A stretch of DNA of 64,000 nt. It comes from Macrostomum lignano (Eukaryota). The notes beneath the pieces are model-generated. The model searched no databases. It saw only the letters and a list, made by a program, of their open reading frames with translations, and had not been told where the DNA came from. The translations under genes were made by a program, and so were the position numbers. Positions 12,901 through 25,800 of the stretch are shown piece by piece. The stretch is from NCBI GenBank assembly GCA_002269645.1, contig NIVC01002383.1, positions 1 through 64,000 of the forward strand. Reading direction: 5' to 3'. How positions within the stretch are numbered: the first letter of the stretch is position 1; each line of letters opens with the position of its first letter.

Positions 12901-15604
12901 CTGCGGCAGTAATGCGGGTAGCCATCCTCCTCCACCTTCGTGGCGGCCAGGAACTCCCTCGGGTAGCGCTTGCTGCACTTGCCTTTCTCCATGCACGCCG
13001 CGGCAGAGTTGAGCTGCTGCCCACAGGGACCGTGCAGCATGTTCTCCGCCACCAGCTGATGCAGGTCGGCGTCGGCGACAGGGTCCGGGATCTCCGCGCT
13101 GATGACGGCGTCGTACTGATCCGGCTTCAGCTTGTTCGCCAGCCACAGCAGCGCGTGCACGTGGGGAAGACCTGGTTGTGGATAAAATTTATTGATAATT
13201 GATCATCAATAATTTTATTGAAATTTACGAAGTTATGGAGCCAACAGTTAATGCTACAGTTTAAAGCTTAAAAGTACACTTGCCTCGCTTCTGGTACTCC
13301 AGCGAGCAGACTCGAGCCAGAGTATCTCCAAACAGACTCTTAAGCCTGTTTAAGAAGGCCTTCTTCTTCAGCTCGAACACCCGGGCGGTGATGTCCGGCC
13401 GATCGACGGCAGTCTGCCCTGGAAGCAGCTCGGCCAGAATTTCCGGCCACTTCGGGTTGCATGTCATCGTCAGAAACAGGTCTGGGCGGCCAAAGGCGTG
13501 AACATACGCCATGGCATCCTGCTGACGCTCCAGACGGTACCGTGGACCTCCCACGTAGCTGGAAGTAAGAATGACACGCTTCCCGACTTCTTCCGGCCTG
13601 CCGTCGTCCTCGTGCAGCGCATCGCGGAGACCCCGAAGACTTTCGGACACCAGATCCGTTTGGTGCTGCCGGATGTACGTAAGTCGCTCGGACTCGATCT
13701 TGGCAGCCTGGTCCACCAGGAACTGCTGGAAGAGCCGGCGACCGTACAGCAGGCTGTTGAACTGGCCTGGTCGCACCTGGATCAAGTAGGCGTAGTATTT
13801 CATCATGGTGATGCCTCGATCCTTCTTGAGCCCAATGTGCCAGCCGTCCTCGCCGTACGGAAGCAGCAGCACGTACTCCAACGGATCGTAGGAGCGATGG
13901 GTCTCAGAGATCTCCTGGAGGCCTGTGGATGCAGTTGGGTAATTTAATTCTAAACTACAGTTCAAAAGCAACCAAAATGTACACCTGAATAACCCAAAAC
14001 GTTTATTTTATTATCTAACTTTACAATGCAACCCAAATTTTAAGTCTTTTAAGACGCTTAAAGTACTTACCACCACCTCTCAGACGCAAAACCACGCTCC
14101 GCCATTGCGCCTGAACTACGCCATCAGCATCGCCAAGGTCCGTCAGGATGCCGACCTCACTGCACTCGGGCAAGTTGAAGCGTCGGACATGCTCCCCAGA
14201 TGGGCGGGCATCGGGGTTGATGACGACCCTGGCGCTCTGCAGCTGCGGGTCGCTGCGCAGCAAGTCGACTGCGGACTTCAGGCTGCGCACGTAGCTGTTG
14301 CAATCATGCAGAACAGCTTGCAGCTCCTGCAGCAAAGTGTCGTTGAGACCTGCTGTCCATTGCAGTCTGTTCTGCAGCTCTTGGTCCACAAAGAAGACCT
14401 GGCAGAACCTGGCCGCATCCCCTGGGTCCGGCAACAGGCTGCCGATCCGATGGTGCATCTGACCATGGAGGATGAAGCTGGGGTTCCACCCGGGCTGTTC
14501 ACGCTGCCTGGAACCAAGCGAGGTCATATGGAGCGCGCCGTTATACTTCCTGATGTCCTTCAGGAACTGCGAGCTGAACGGATGCTCGCCAGTCAGCAGC
14601 CGCTTCAGAACATCAGGCGGGTCTCGGCGCTGCTCCAGGACGGTCTGTCAGTGTTAGAAAAAAAACTGAAGTAGCTTTTATGCGGAGACGGGCTGCAGCA
14701 AATCATGCAATTGTCGATGACTCCATAGGTGGTCAGAGGCTTGATACAGTACAGGAGGCATAAATGAGGCAGCAATTCAAGTAAACTAAAACAATAAATA
14801 TCAACTCACCTTTCCAGCATGGCAGCAAATGCTAGCTGGCTCGTCCGTCCAGCGTAGCGCGCTGCAGTGAGGGCATTGGCGGTCCATGCGACCGAGAACA
14901 TGTGGCTGGTGTGCCAGCTCCAGCAGCCTGTGGTAATGAAATAGAGTATTTTAATCAGGAATTCTTGAAAATCCAGATCCACATGCAGAAAATTTAATAG
15001 TCTCAGATTATGAGCTACCACACATAAGAATAGCAGAATAAAATTTTATATAGGAACCCTACCTGTCTCGGCGCCACTCTGCCTGTGCGTGTACACGGCG
15101 GTCGTGGTCCTCAGCGGACTCAGCCGCGCGATACTGGACCTGGCGCTGCCGCTGCGCCTCCAGGCGATGCAGATGGACTGCCTCCTCCTCGGCTTCACGG
15201 CTTTCGACAGCACGCAGCCGGTCGTGGTCGAGCCGATTCTGGCGTTCCACCTCGCCTTCAGCATCCCGGCTTTCAGCTAAGCGGAGTCGATTGCACTCAA
15301 GGCGATGCTGGCGCTGCACTTCGCCTTCGGCCTCACGGCTTCCGGCTGTGCGCAGTCGATTGCACTCAAGGCGATGCTGGCGCTGCACTTCGCCTTCGGC
15401 CTCACGGCTTCCGGCTGTGCGCATTCGATTGGACTCGAGGCGATTCTGGCGCTCCACTTCGCCCTCGGCTCTCTCGGCCCTATGCTGCCGCTCCCGCTCA
15501 ACGCGCGCTGCACGCTCATCGGGTGTCTCCGACGCCCTGCGCTTCTTGGCATCCGATGCAGCGCGTGTAGAGCGGGAAAGGCTTCCTCGACCACGTTTTG
15601 GCAT
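9905..15604 (-). CDS. Helitron RepHel transposase (HUH Rep + PIF1-family SF1 helicase), 9 exons, 1591 aa
   Basis: Exons 15604-15063, 14927-14810, 14644-14071, 13922-13284, 13171-12333, 12252-11650, 11564-11263, 11152-10765, 10675-9905 total 4776 nt with compatible phases and no stop. Zn motif CPHC..CCHAGK; Rep motifs PDLFLTMTCNPKW, EYQKRGLPHVH (HUH), YVVKYITKG; helicase motifs APGGTGKT, WDEAPM, GDFRQ, TIHKSQG, HGQLYVALSR. Confidence 0.93.
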
Positions 15605-16816
15605 TATTATAGTAAGCAAATAGGGAATAGCAAATGGGCAAAAAAGCAAAAAGCAAATGACAAAAAAATAAGGAAATAGCTCAATCGGAATATTAGACAA
15701 ATTCTATTCTGATATCGAAGGAAATGTAACTGAATTGGAATTTCGCGCTATTAAGTAAGAGTTCAGTGTAAGTAAAGGCCCAGTGTACGTGATTTTAGTC
15801 AAAAAAATAACTTGAGCCTCCACCCCCCCCCCGACTCCTCAAATACTGAAATTACTCCAAATGATAGCTGGCTTAAATGTGCGAACGCAATCCCCCAATT
15901 TTATCTGAAAGTTAAAAATAAGGTTACGCAATCTTAATAAACCCTCCAATACACAGCGACCGACCCCCCTCCAATGCAGAGCGGCAGTAAGAAATTGAAC
16001 TCCTCAACTTTATCTATTACGTATCGCAAAAATGAGTACAATCTTTGCAGAAAGTTAAAAGCATGGTTATCGTTTTCTGAATGCTGTGCTTTAAGTTTTC
16101 ATTTTTAAAGCAAACAACTTACATCTTTGAAACCAGCGTTGCAAGATCTTTCCAGCAATATAAGTCTCTCCTCTCAAATTTTAAAAGTTGAGGAACACTT
16201 TGCGTTTAAAACTTCCCAGTTTAAAGCATTGAATTTTTGTGCGTACATTCACTGCCTTTTCCACTGAGAGGCTCGCAAGTTTATTCATTGAATTTCACAG
16301 TTCAACACAGGGTTTCCTAATGAAAGGCGCTGATAATAAAACCAATTGAATCTCGACCCAGTAGCCATATCGTTGCGCTTCACACCCACCACCCCACGAA
16401 ATTCATCAATTAAGCCAAATTGCAGTTGACTAATATCGATCCGTAGCAATTGCCGGTGAGCCAGGGTCCAATTGTACGCATGCAGCCACTTAGAACGCCC
16501 CATCCCCCCACTGGAGAGTAAATGCACTGGCGACATAGGAAAAAGTTGTGGCGTAATCACTCAAAATTCATGCAAATTTTCAGCTCCGAGCAGAAAGAGG
16601 GTACAATTAAGATTATCAAAGGTCAGAATTGCCGTTTTCTGCTTTTTTAGGGATCTTAAAATGTAAAAATAAAAGATTAAAACAGCCTAAAGCCATCCTC
16701 GGAAAATTTGCAGTTTTCCCACATAAGTTTCAACGCTGACTTGCAAGTATTCTAGGAGGAGTTATCCAACAAACACACACACACACAGACAAACAACGCA
16801 CCAGTTTTAGTATTAA

Positions 16817-19800
16817 CGAGGCCAACTCCTCCTTCGGAGAAGAAAGGGGAAGAACTCCAATCAGCGGAATTCCATTCCCTGAACTCCATCAGCGGAATCC
16901 CATTTTCCAACACCTCTCCGCGCAACAGAAATCGTCTCCGTGAAACTGAACACTATCGAAATCCTCTCCGTGAAACTGAACACCATCGAAATATTCTCCG
17001 CGAAATAGAAATCCTCTCCGTGAAACTGGACTAAATCGAAATTTCTACGTCAAATAGCCCAGCTCTCAGAATTCATTGGTTAGGGTTAGGGTTAGGGTTA
17101 GGGTTAGAGCTACACACAGCTGCGTGTTGAAAGGCGCCGTAAAAACATTGAACCAATTAAATTGCGCAACTTATTTCTCAGGCAGTCAGTATCAGCGTCG
17201 GTTAAAGTTAACAAAAAGATTGCGCAATCTAAATCAGCCCTCCAATACACAGCAACCGACCCCCTTCCAATACGCAGTGCAGCTAGAAATTGAACCCCCC
17301 TACAACTATTGGGGGGGGGTCGGTCGAACCCCCATTGAACTCCAAAATGAGCAAAATCTTTGCAGAAAGCTAAAAGTATGAAAATCTTTTCTTGAATGCT
17401 GTGAATTTAATTTTCATATTTAAAGCAAAAAACTTATATCCCCGAACTCATCGCAGCAAGATCTTTCCGCAATATAAGTCTCTCCTCTCTAAGTTCAAAA
17501 CTCGAGCAACAGTTAGTGTTTGAAACTTTCTGATTTTAAGCATTGAAATATCGAGTGTACGTTCACTGCCTGCTAAAGATGCTCGCAAGTTTATGCATTA
17601 AAATGCACTGAATTTCACTGTGCAAAAAATACACAGGGCTTCCTGTTAAAAAACAGAACACAAATAGTTGCGCAATTGTCTATAAAGTCAGCCAGTGAGC
17701 CAGGGTCCAATTGTACACACGCCGCCAATGAGAACGCGCCCATTCCCCCACAGGAGAGAAAATGCACTGGCGACATAGAAAAAAGTTGTGGCGTAATCAC
17801 TCAAAATTTATGCCAATTTTCAGCTCCGAGCAGAAAGAGGGGACAATTAAGATTATCAAAGGTCAAGACCGCCATTTTCTGCTTTTTTAGGGATCTTAAA
17901 AATTGAAAATGAAAGATTAAAATAGCCTAAAGCCATCCTCGGAAAATTTGCAGTTTTCCCATATAAGTTTCAACGCTGACTTGCAAGTATTCTAGGAGGA
18001 GTTATCCAACAAACACACACACACACAGACAAACAACGCACCAACTTTAGTATTAACGAGTGGAACTCCTCCTTCGGAGGAGAAAGGGGAAGAACTCCCA
18101 TCACCGGAATTCCATTCCCTGAAATCAATCAGCTGAAACTCCATGACTTGAATCCCATCTTCCAAATCATCTCCAAATCCTCTGTAAAGCCTTTTTGCTC
18201 TCCTCTTTGCCCTCTCATCTCTACAGTGTAGTCTCTTATCTCTTCTCTCTAATCTGCTTTCCATCTCTAGTCTCTCATCTCTGCTCTCTCTTCTTTGCTA
18301 TCTTATATCTAGTCTCTCCTCTCTCTCCTCTCATCTCTACTCCCTTATGTATCTCTTCTCCTTCGTCTTTCGTCTGTACCCTCTCCTGTCTCTTGTCTCC
18401 TCTCTTCTTTCATATCTCTCCTCTTCACTTCTGTCTCCTGTCTCCTCTCTTCTCTCTTATCTCTCCCTCTTCTCTCCTCTCTCATATGTCATCTCTACTC
18501 ACTTATCTATCGTCTCTCTTAACCCTCTCTCTTCTCTTTTCTCTCCTCTCTGCTCTCATTTCTCATATCTCATATACGCTCTCAGACTCTACTTTCTTGT
18601 CTCCCATCTTTCTTTCCTCCTTTCCACTATCCCCTGTCTCTTCTCTTCTCTCTTTTCTATCCTCTTCATTCTCTCTTCTCTCCTCTCCTTGCTCCTTTCA
18701 TCTTCTCCCCTCTCTTCTCTAATCTCTAATCTCTCCTCTCTCATATCTACTCTCTTTTCTATAATCTCTTTTCTCTGTTCTCTTTTCTCTTTTCTCTCGC
18801 ATCGGAAGAATTCCCATCACCGGAATTCGATTTCCTGGACTCCATTAGCTGAATTCCATAACCCGAGTTGCATCATCCAACTCCTCTCCGAAGACAAAAA
18901 GATCCTCTCCGTGAAACTGGACTCAACCGAAATTTTCTCCGTCAAACAGAACTCAACTCTCAGGATTCAGTGGCTAGGGTTAGGGTTAGGGTTAGAGCTA
19001 CACACAGCTGCGTGTTGAAAGGCACCAATAATAAAAAATTGAACTAATTGAAGCAACAGATTGAGCAATCGATTTCTCAGTCAGCCAGTATCAGTCTCAG
19101 TTCAAGTTAGCAAAATGATTGCGCAATTTAAATCAACCATCCAATACACAGCCACCGCCCCCTTCCAATACGCAGTGGCAAGTAGAAGTTGAACCCCCCC
19201 CAACTTTATCTCTGACCTATCGCAAAAATAAGTACAATCTTTGCAAAAGTATTTAAATCGTTTTTGAATGCTGTGCTTTTAGTTTTCATATTTAAAGCAA
19301 AAAACCTATATCCCTGAACTCAACGCTACAAACTCTTTCCAGCAATATAAGTCTCTCCTCTCAAAGTTAAAAAATCGAGCAACAGTTAGCATTTGAAATT
19401 TTCTGATTTAAAGCATTGAAATATCGAGTGTACGTTCACTGCCTGCAGCAGTGGGAGCCTCGCAAGTTTATTCATTGAATTTCACTGTCCAAAACTACAC
19501 AGGGCAGCCTATTGAAAATCAGAACACATATCGTTGCGCAATTGTCTATACAATCAGCCAGTGAGCTAGGGTCCGATTGTACACACGCAGCCACTGAGAA
19601 CGCGACCATCCCCCCACTGGAGAGAAAATACACTGCAGAGATAGGAGAAAGTTATGGCGCAATCGCTCAAAATTCATGCAAATTTTCAGCTCCAAGCAGA
19701 AAGAGGGTACAATTAAGATTATCAAAGGTCAAAACCGCCGTTTTCTGCTTTTTTAGGGATCTTAAAATGTAAAAATGAAAGATTAAAATAGCCTAAAGCC

Positions 19801-22800
19801 ATCCTCGGAAAATTTGCAGTTTTCCCATATAAGTTTCAACGCTGACTTGCAAGTATTCTAGGAGGAGTTATCCAACAAACACACACACACACAGACAAAC
19901 AACGCACCAACTTTAGTATTAACGAGGCCAACTCCTCCTTCGGAGAAGAAAGGGGAAGAACTCCAATCAGCGGAATTCCATTCCCTGAACTCCATCAGCG
20001 GAATCCCATTTTCCAACACCTCTCCGCGCAACAGAAATCGTCTCCGTGAAACTGAACACTATCGAAATCCTCTCCGTGAAACTGAACACCATCGAAATAT
20101 TCTCCGCGAAATAGAAATCCTCTCCGTGAAACTGGACTAAATCGAAATTTCTACGTCAAACAGCCTAGCTCTCAGAATTCATTGGTTAGGGTTAGGGTTA
20201 GGGTTAGAGCTACACACAGCTGCGTGTTGAAAGGCGCCGTAAAAACATTGAACCAATTAAATTGCGCAACTTATTTCTCAGGCAGTCAGTATCAGCCTCA
20301 GTTAAAGTTAACACAAAGATTGCGCAATCTAAATCAACCCTCCAATACACAGCAACCGACCCCCCTTCCAATACGCAGTGCAGCTAGAAATTGAACCCCC
20401 CCCACCAACTATTGAGGGGTCGGTCGAACCCCCATTGAACTCCAAAATGAGAACAATCTTTGCAGAAAGCTAAAAGTATGAAAATCTTTTCTTGAATGCT
20501 GTGAATTTAATTTTCATATTTAAAGCAAAAAACTTATATCCCCGAACTCAGCGCTGCAAGCTCTTTCCAGCAATAAAAGTCTCGTCTCTCAAAGTTAAAA
20601 ATCGAGCAACAGTTAGCGTTTGAAACTTTCTGATTTTAAGCATTGAAATATCGAGTGTACCTTCACTGCCTGCTAAAGATGCTCGCGAGTTTATGCATTA
20701 AAATGCACTGAATTTCACTGTGCAAAAAATACACAGGGCTTCCTGTTAAAAAACAGAACACAAATAGTTGCGCAATTGTCTATAAAGTCAGCCAGTGAGC
20801 CAGGGTCCGATTGTACACACGCCGCCAATGAGAACGCGCCCATTCCCCCACAGGAGAGAAAATGCACTGGCGACATAGGAAAAAGTTGTGGCGTAATCAC
20901 TTAAAATTTATGCCAATTTTCAGCTCCGAGCAGAAAAAGTGTCCAGAGAAGGTTAGGAAATCAGATTTCTGCTTTTTTAGGGATCTTAAAATTAAAAAAT
21001 GAAAGATTAAAACAGCCTAAAGCCGATTCCGGAAAATTTGCAGTATTCCCATATAAGTTTCAACGCTGAGTTGCACGTAGTCTAGGAGGAGATATCCTAC
21101 AAACAAACAGACAAACAAACAAACAAACAACGCACCAACTTTAGTATTAACGAGTGGAACTCCTCCTTCGGAGGAGAAAGGGGAAGAACTCCCATCACCG
21201 GAATTCCATTCCCTGAAATATCTATCAACTGAAATTCCATGTCTTTAACCCTATCTTCCAAATCGTCTCCAAATTCTTTACAAAATCTTTCAAAGACCAT
21301 AGCTCAAAGACTCTCAAGTCTCTCATATCTCCTCTCTCCTCTCTCTCATCTCATCTCTACCCCTGCTCCCTTATTTATCTCTTCTCCCTCGTCTTTCGTC
21401 TGTACCTTCTCCTGTCTTCTGTCTCCTCTCTTCACTCTTATCTCTCCCTCTTCTCTCCTCTCTCATATTCATCTCTACTCACTTATCTATCGTCTCTCTT
21501 AACCCTCTCTCTCTCTTCTCTTTTCTCTTCTCTCTGCTCTCATTTCTCATATTTCATATACGCTCTGACACTACTTTCTTGTCTCCCATCTTTCTTCCTC
21601 CTTTTCACTATCCCCTGTCTCTTCTCTTCTCTCTTTTCTATTCTCTCCATTCTCTCTTTTCTCCTTTCCTTGCTCCTTTCATCTCTCTCCTCTCTCCTCA
21701 CTCTCTTCTCCTTTCGCTTCTCTCTCCTCTCTCTCCTCTCATCTTTACTACCTTATTTATATCTTCTCCCTAGTCTTTCGTCTGTACTCTCTCCTGTCTC
21801 CTCTCTCCCCTGCTCTCTCATCCCTCATCTCCTCATCTCACTCTTTCTTTCTCCTCTACTCTCCCCTCTCTTCTATTGCCTCTGTACGCTCTTATCCCTC
21901 ATCTATTCTCTCTCCTATCATCTCCAATCTGTCATGTCTAATCTCTCCACTCAATTATACTCTGTTTTCTATCATCTCTTCTCTCTTCTCTTTTCAGTCT
22001 TCTCTTTACTCTCTTCTCTGACTGATTGAAGATGCCAAATCCATCAAGATCCTCTCCGCGAAGCAAAAATCCTGTCTGTGCAACTAAAAACCATCGAAAT
22101 CCTCTCAGTGAAACTGGACTCCTTCGAAATCCTCTCCTTGAAACCTGAATCCATCAAAATTGTTTCCATAAACAGAAATCAATCATAAATTATCTCCGCG
22201 AAACAGAAAGCCTCTCCGTGAAGCTGAACATGATCGAAATCCTCTCCGTGAAACTGAACACCATGGAAATCCTTTCGTGAAACTGAACATCATCGAAATC
22301 CTCTCCACGAAACAGAAATCTTCTCCGTCAGAATTTAAACATTGAAATCGTCTCCGCTAAACTTGACTTAATCGAATTTTTTCCGTCAAACAACTCAACT
22401 CGCCAGATTCATTAGGGTTAGGGTTAGGGTTAGGGTTAGGGTTAGAACTACGCACAGCTTCGTGTTAAAAGGCACAGATAAAAATATTGAACTAATTGAA
22501 TCAATTCATTGCGCAACCGATTTCACAGTCAGTCAGTATCAGCCTCAGGTAAAGTTAACAAAAACATTGCGCAATCTAAATCAACCTCCAATACACAGCA
22601 GCAGTGAGAAGTTGAACCCTCCCCCCAACAATCTTTGCAGATTAAAGTACAATCTTTGCAGAAAGTTAAAAGTATGGAAATAGTTTTTCAAATGCTGTGC
22701 TTTTTCTTTTCATATTTAAAGCAAACAACTTATATCCCCGAACTCAGCGTTGCAAGATCTTGCCAGCAATATAAGTTTCTTCTCTCAAAGTTTAAAACTC

Positions 22801-25800
22801 GAGGAACAGTTAGCGTTTGAAACTGTCTGATTTATAGCATTGAAGTATCGAGTGTACGTTCACTGCCTGCTTGCAAGTTGATGCATTGAATTTCAATGTC
22901 CAACAAATACACAGGACTGCCCATTGAAAGGCAGGAAAACTTATCAGTAGCCATATCATTGCGCAATTATCTATAAAGTCAGCCAGTGAGCCAGGGTCCA
23001 AGTGTACACACGCAGCCACTGAGAACGCTCCCACCCCCCACTGGAAAGAAAATACACTACAGAGATAGGGAAAAGTTGTGGCGCAATCACTAAAAATTCA
23101 TGCATTTTTCAGCTCCAAGCAGAAAGAGGGGACAATTAAGATTATCAAAGGTCAAGACCGCCGTTTTCTGCTTTTTTGAGGATCTTAGAAATTAAAATTT
23201 CAGAATTAAAATAGCCTATAGCCGACCTCGGATAATTTCCAATCTTCCCATATAAGTTTCAACGCTGAGTTGCCACTATTCAAGGAGGAGTTGTCGAAAT
23301 GACACACACACACACACACACAGACAGACAGACAAACAACACGTCAACTTTAGTATATAGAGTGGAACTCCTCCTTCGGAGGAGAAAGGGGAAGAACTCC
23401 CATCACCGGAATTCTATTCCCTGAAATATCCATCAACTGAAATTCCATGTCTTTAACCCTATCTTCCAAATCGTCTCCAAATTCTTTACAAAATCTTTCA
23501 AAGACCATAGCTCAAAGACTCTCAAGTCTCTCATATCTCCTCTCTCCTCTCTCTCATCTCATCTCTACCCCTGCTCCCTTATTTATCTCTTCTCCCTCGT
23601 CTTTCGTCTGTACCTTCTCCTGTCTTCTGTCTCCTCTCTTCACTCTTATCTCTCCCTCTTCTCTCCTCTCTCATATGTCATCTCTACTCACTTATCTATC
23701 GTCTCTCTTAACCCTCTCTCTCTCTTCTCTTTTCTCTTCTCTCTGCTCTCATTTCTCATATTTCATATACGCTCTGACACTACTTTCTTGTCTCCCATCT
23801 TTCTTCCTCCTTTTCACTATCCCCTGTCTCTTCTCTTCTCTCTTTTCTATTCTCTCCATTCTCTCTTTTCTCATTTCCTTGCTCCTTTCATCTCTCTCCT
23901 CTCTCCTCACTCTCTTCTCCTTTCGCTTCTCTCTCCTCTCTCTCCTCTCATCTTTACTACCTTATTTATATCTTCTCCTTAGTCTTTCGTCTGTACTCTC
24001 TCCTGTCTCCTCTCCCCCCTGCTCTCTCATCCCTCATCTCCTCATCTCACTCTTTCTTTCTCCTCTACTCTCCCCTCTCTTCTATTGCCTCTGTACGCTC
24101 TTATCCCTCATCTATTCTCTCTCCTATCATCTCCAATCTGTCATGTCTAATCTCTCCACTCAATTATACTCTGTTTTCTATCATCTCTTCTCTCTTCTCT
24201 TTTCAGTCTTCTCTTTACTCTCTTCTCTGACTGATTGAAGATGCCAAATCCATCAAGATCCTCTCCGCGAAGCAAAAATCCTGTCTGTGCAACTAAAAAC
24301 CATCGAAATCCTCTCAGTGAAACTGGACTCCTTCGAAATCCTCTCCTTGAAACTTAAATCCATCAAAATTGTTTCCATAAAACAGAAATCAATCATAAAT
24401 TATCTCGCGAAACAGAAAGCCTCTCCGTGAAGCTGAACATGATCGAAATCCTCTCCGTGAAACTGAACACCATGGAAATCCTTTCGTGAAACTGAACATC
24501 ATCGAAATCCTCTCCACGAAACAGAAATCTTCTCCGTCAGAATTTAAACATTGAAATCGTCTCCGTTAAACTTGACTTAATCGAATTTTTTCCGTCAAAC
24601 AACTTAACTCGCCAGATTCATTAGGGTTAGGGTTAGGGTTAGGGTTAGGGTTAGAACTACGCACAGCTTCGTGTTAAAAGGCACAGATAAAAATATTGAA
24701 CTAATTGAATCAATTCATTGCGCAACCGATTTCACAGTCAGTATCAGTCTCAGTTAAATTTAACCAAAAGATTGCGCAATTTAAATCAACCCTCCAGTAC
24801 ACAGAGACCGACCCCTTTTCAATACGCTGTGGCAGTTAGAAATTGAACCCCCATCTGTTGGGGGCATTGAACCAAAAAATGAGTACAATCTTTGCAGAAA
24901 GCTAAAAGTATGGAAATAGTTTTTTTGATGCTGCTCTTTTAGTCTTTATATTGAAAGCTAACAATTTATATCCTCGAACTCAGCGTTGCAAGATCTTTTC
25001 AGCAGTATAAGTCTCTTCTCTTAAAGTTTAGAACTCGAAGAGCAGTTAGCGTTTGAAAGTTTCCGTTTTAAAGCATTAAAATATCGAGTGTACGTTCACT
25101 GCCTGCCAAAGAGGCTCGCAAGTTGATTCATTCACTACACAGGCCGGCTATTACACAGGGCAGCGTATTGAAAGGCACAGATAATAAAACAAATTGATGG
25201 TGCAACCGATTTCACAGTCAGTCAGTATCAGTCTCAGTTAAAGTTAACAAAAACATTGCGCAATCTAAATCAACCCTCCAATACACAGCAGCAGTGAGAA
25301 GTTGAACCCTCCCCCCAACTTTATCTATTACGTCTCGCAAAACTGAGCACAATTTTTGCAGAAAGTTAAAAGCATGGAAATAGTTTTTTCAATGCTGTGC
25401 TTTTTCTTTTCATATTTAAAGCAAACAACTTATATCCCCGAACTCAGCGTTGCAAGATCTTTCCAGCAATATAAGTTTCTCCTCTGAAAGTTTAAAACTC
25501 GAGGAACAGTTAGCGTTTGAATTTACCAATTTCCCGACTACTTGCTAGAGAAGCTCGCAAGTTTATTCATTGAATTTCACTGCCAAACTAATACACAGGG
25601 CCGATAATAAAAAATGAACCAATTGAATCAATTGATTGTGCAATATATTTCTGTGTTAGTCAGTATCAGTCTCAGTTAAAGTTAACAAACAGATTGCGCA
25701 ATCTAAATCAACCCTCAAATACACACCGACCGACCTCCTAACTGTTGGGGGGTCGGTCGAACGCCATTGAAATCCTAAAATGAGTACAATCTTTGCAGAA

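Larger units (their letters stand above)
7700..16816 (-). mobile_element. Putative autonomous Helitron (~9.1 kb) forming one monomer of the array
   Basis: Contains the RepHel gene. Low-coordinate end has hairpin 7709-7725 and CTCG terminus; high-coordinate end is TTAATACTAAAACTGGTGCG plus (TG)n, as in the flanking units. I found no other hairpin+CTRR end nearer the gene. Confidence 0.8.

Noticed and set aside
10022-15679. Plus-strand and alternate-frame ORFs overlapping RepHel
   Set aside because: Shadow ORFs expected from GC-rich coding sequence; no motifs.
7700-16816. Helentron/Helitron2 assignment
   Set aside because: No endonuclease domain after the helicase, no subterminal inverted repeats seen, and the TC start and Rep motifs fit canonical Helitrons.
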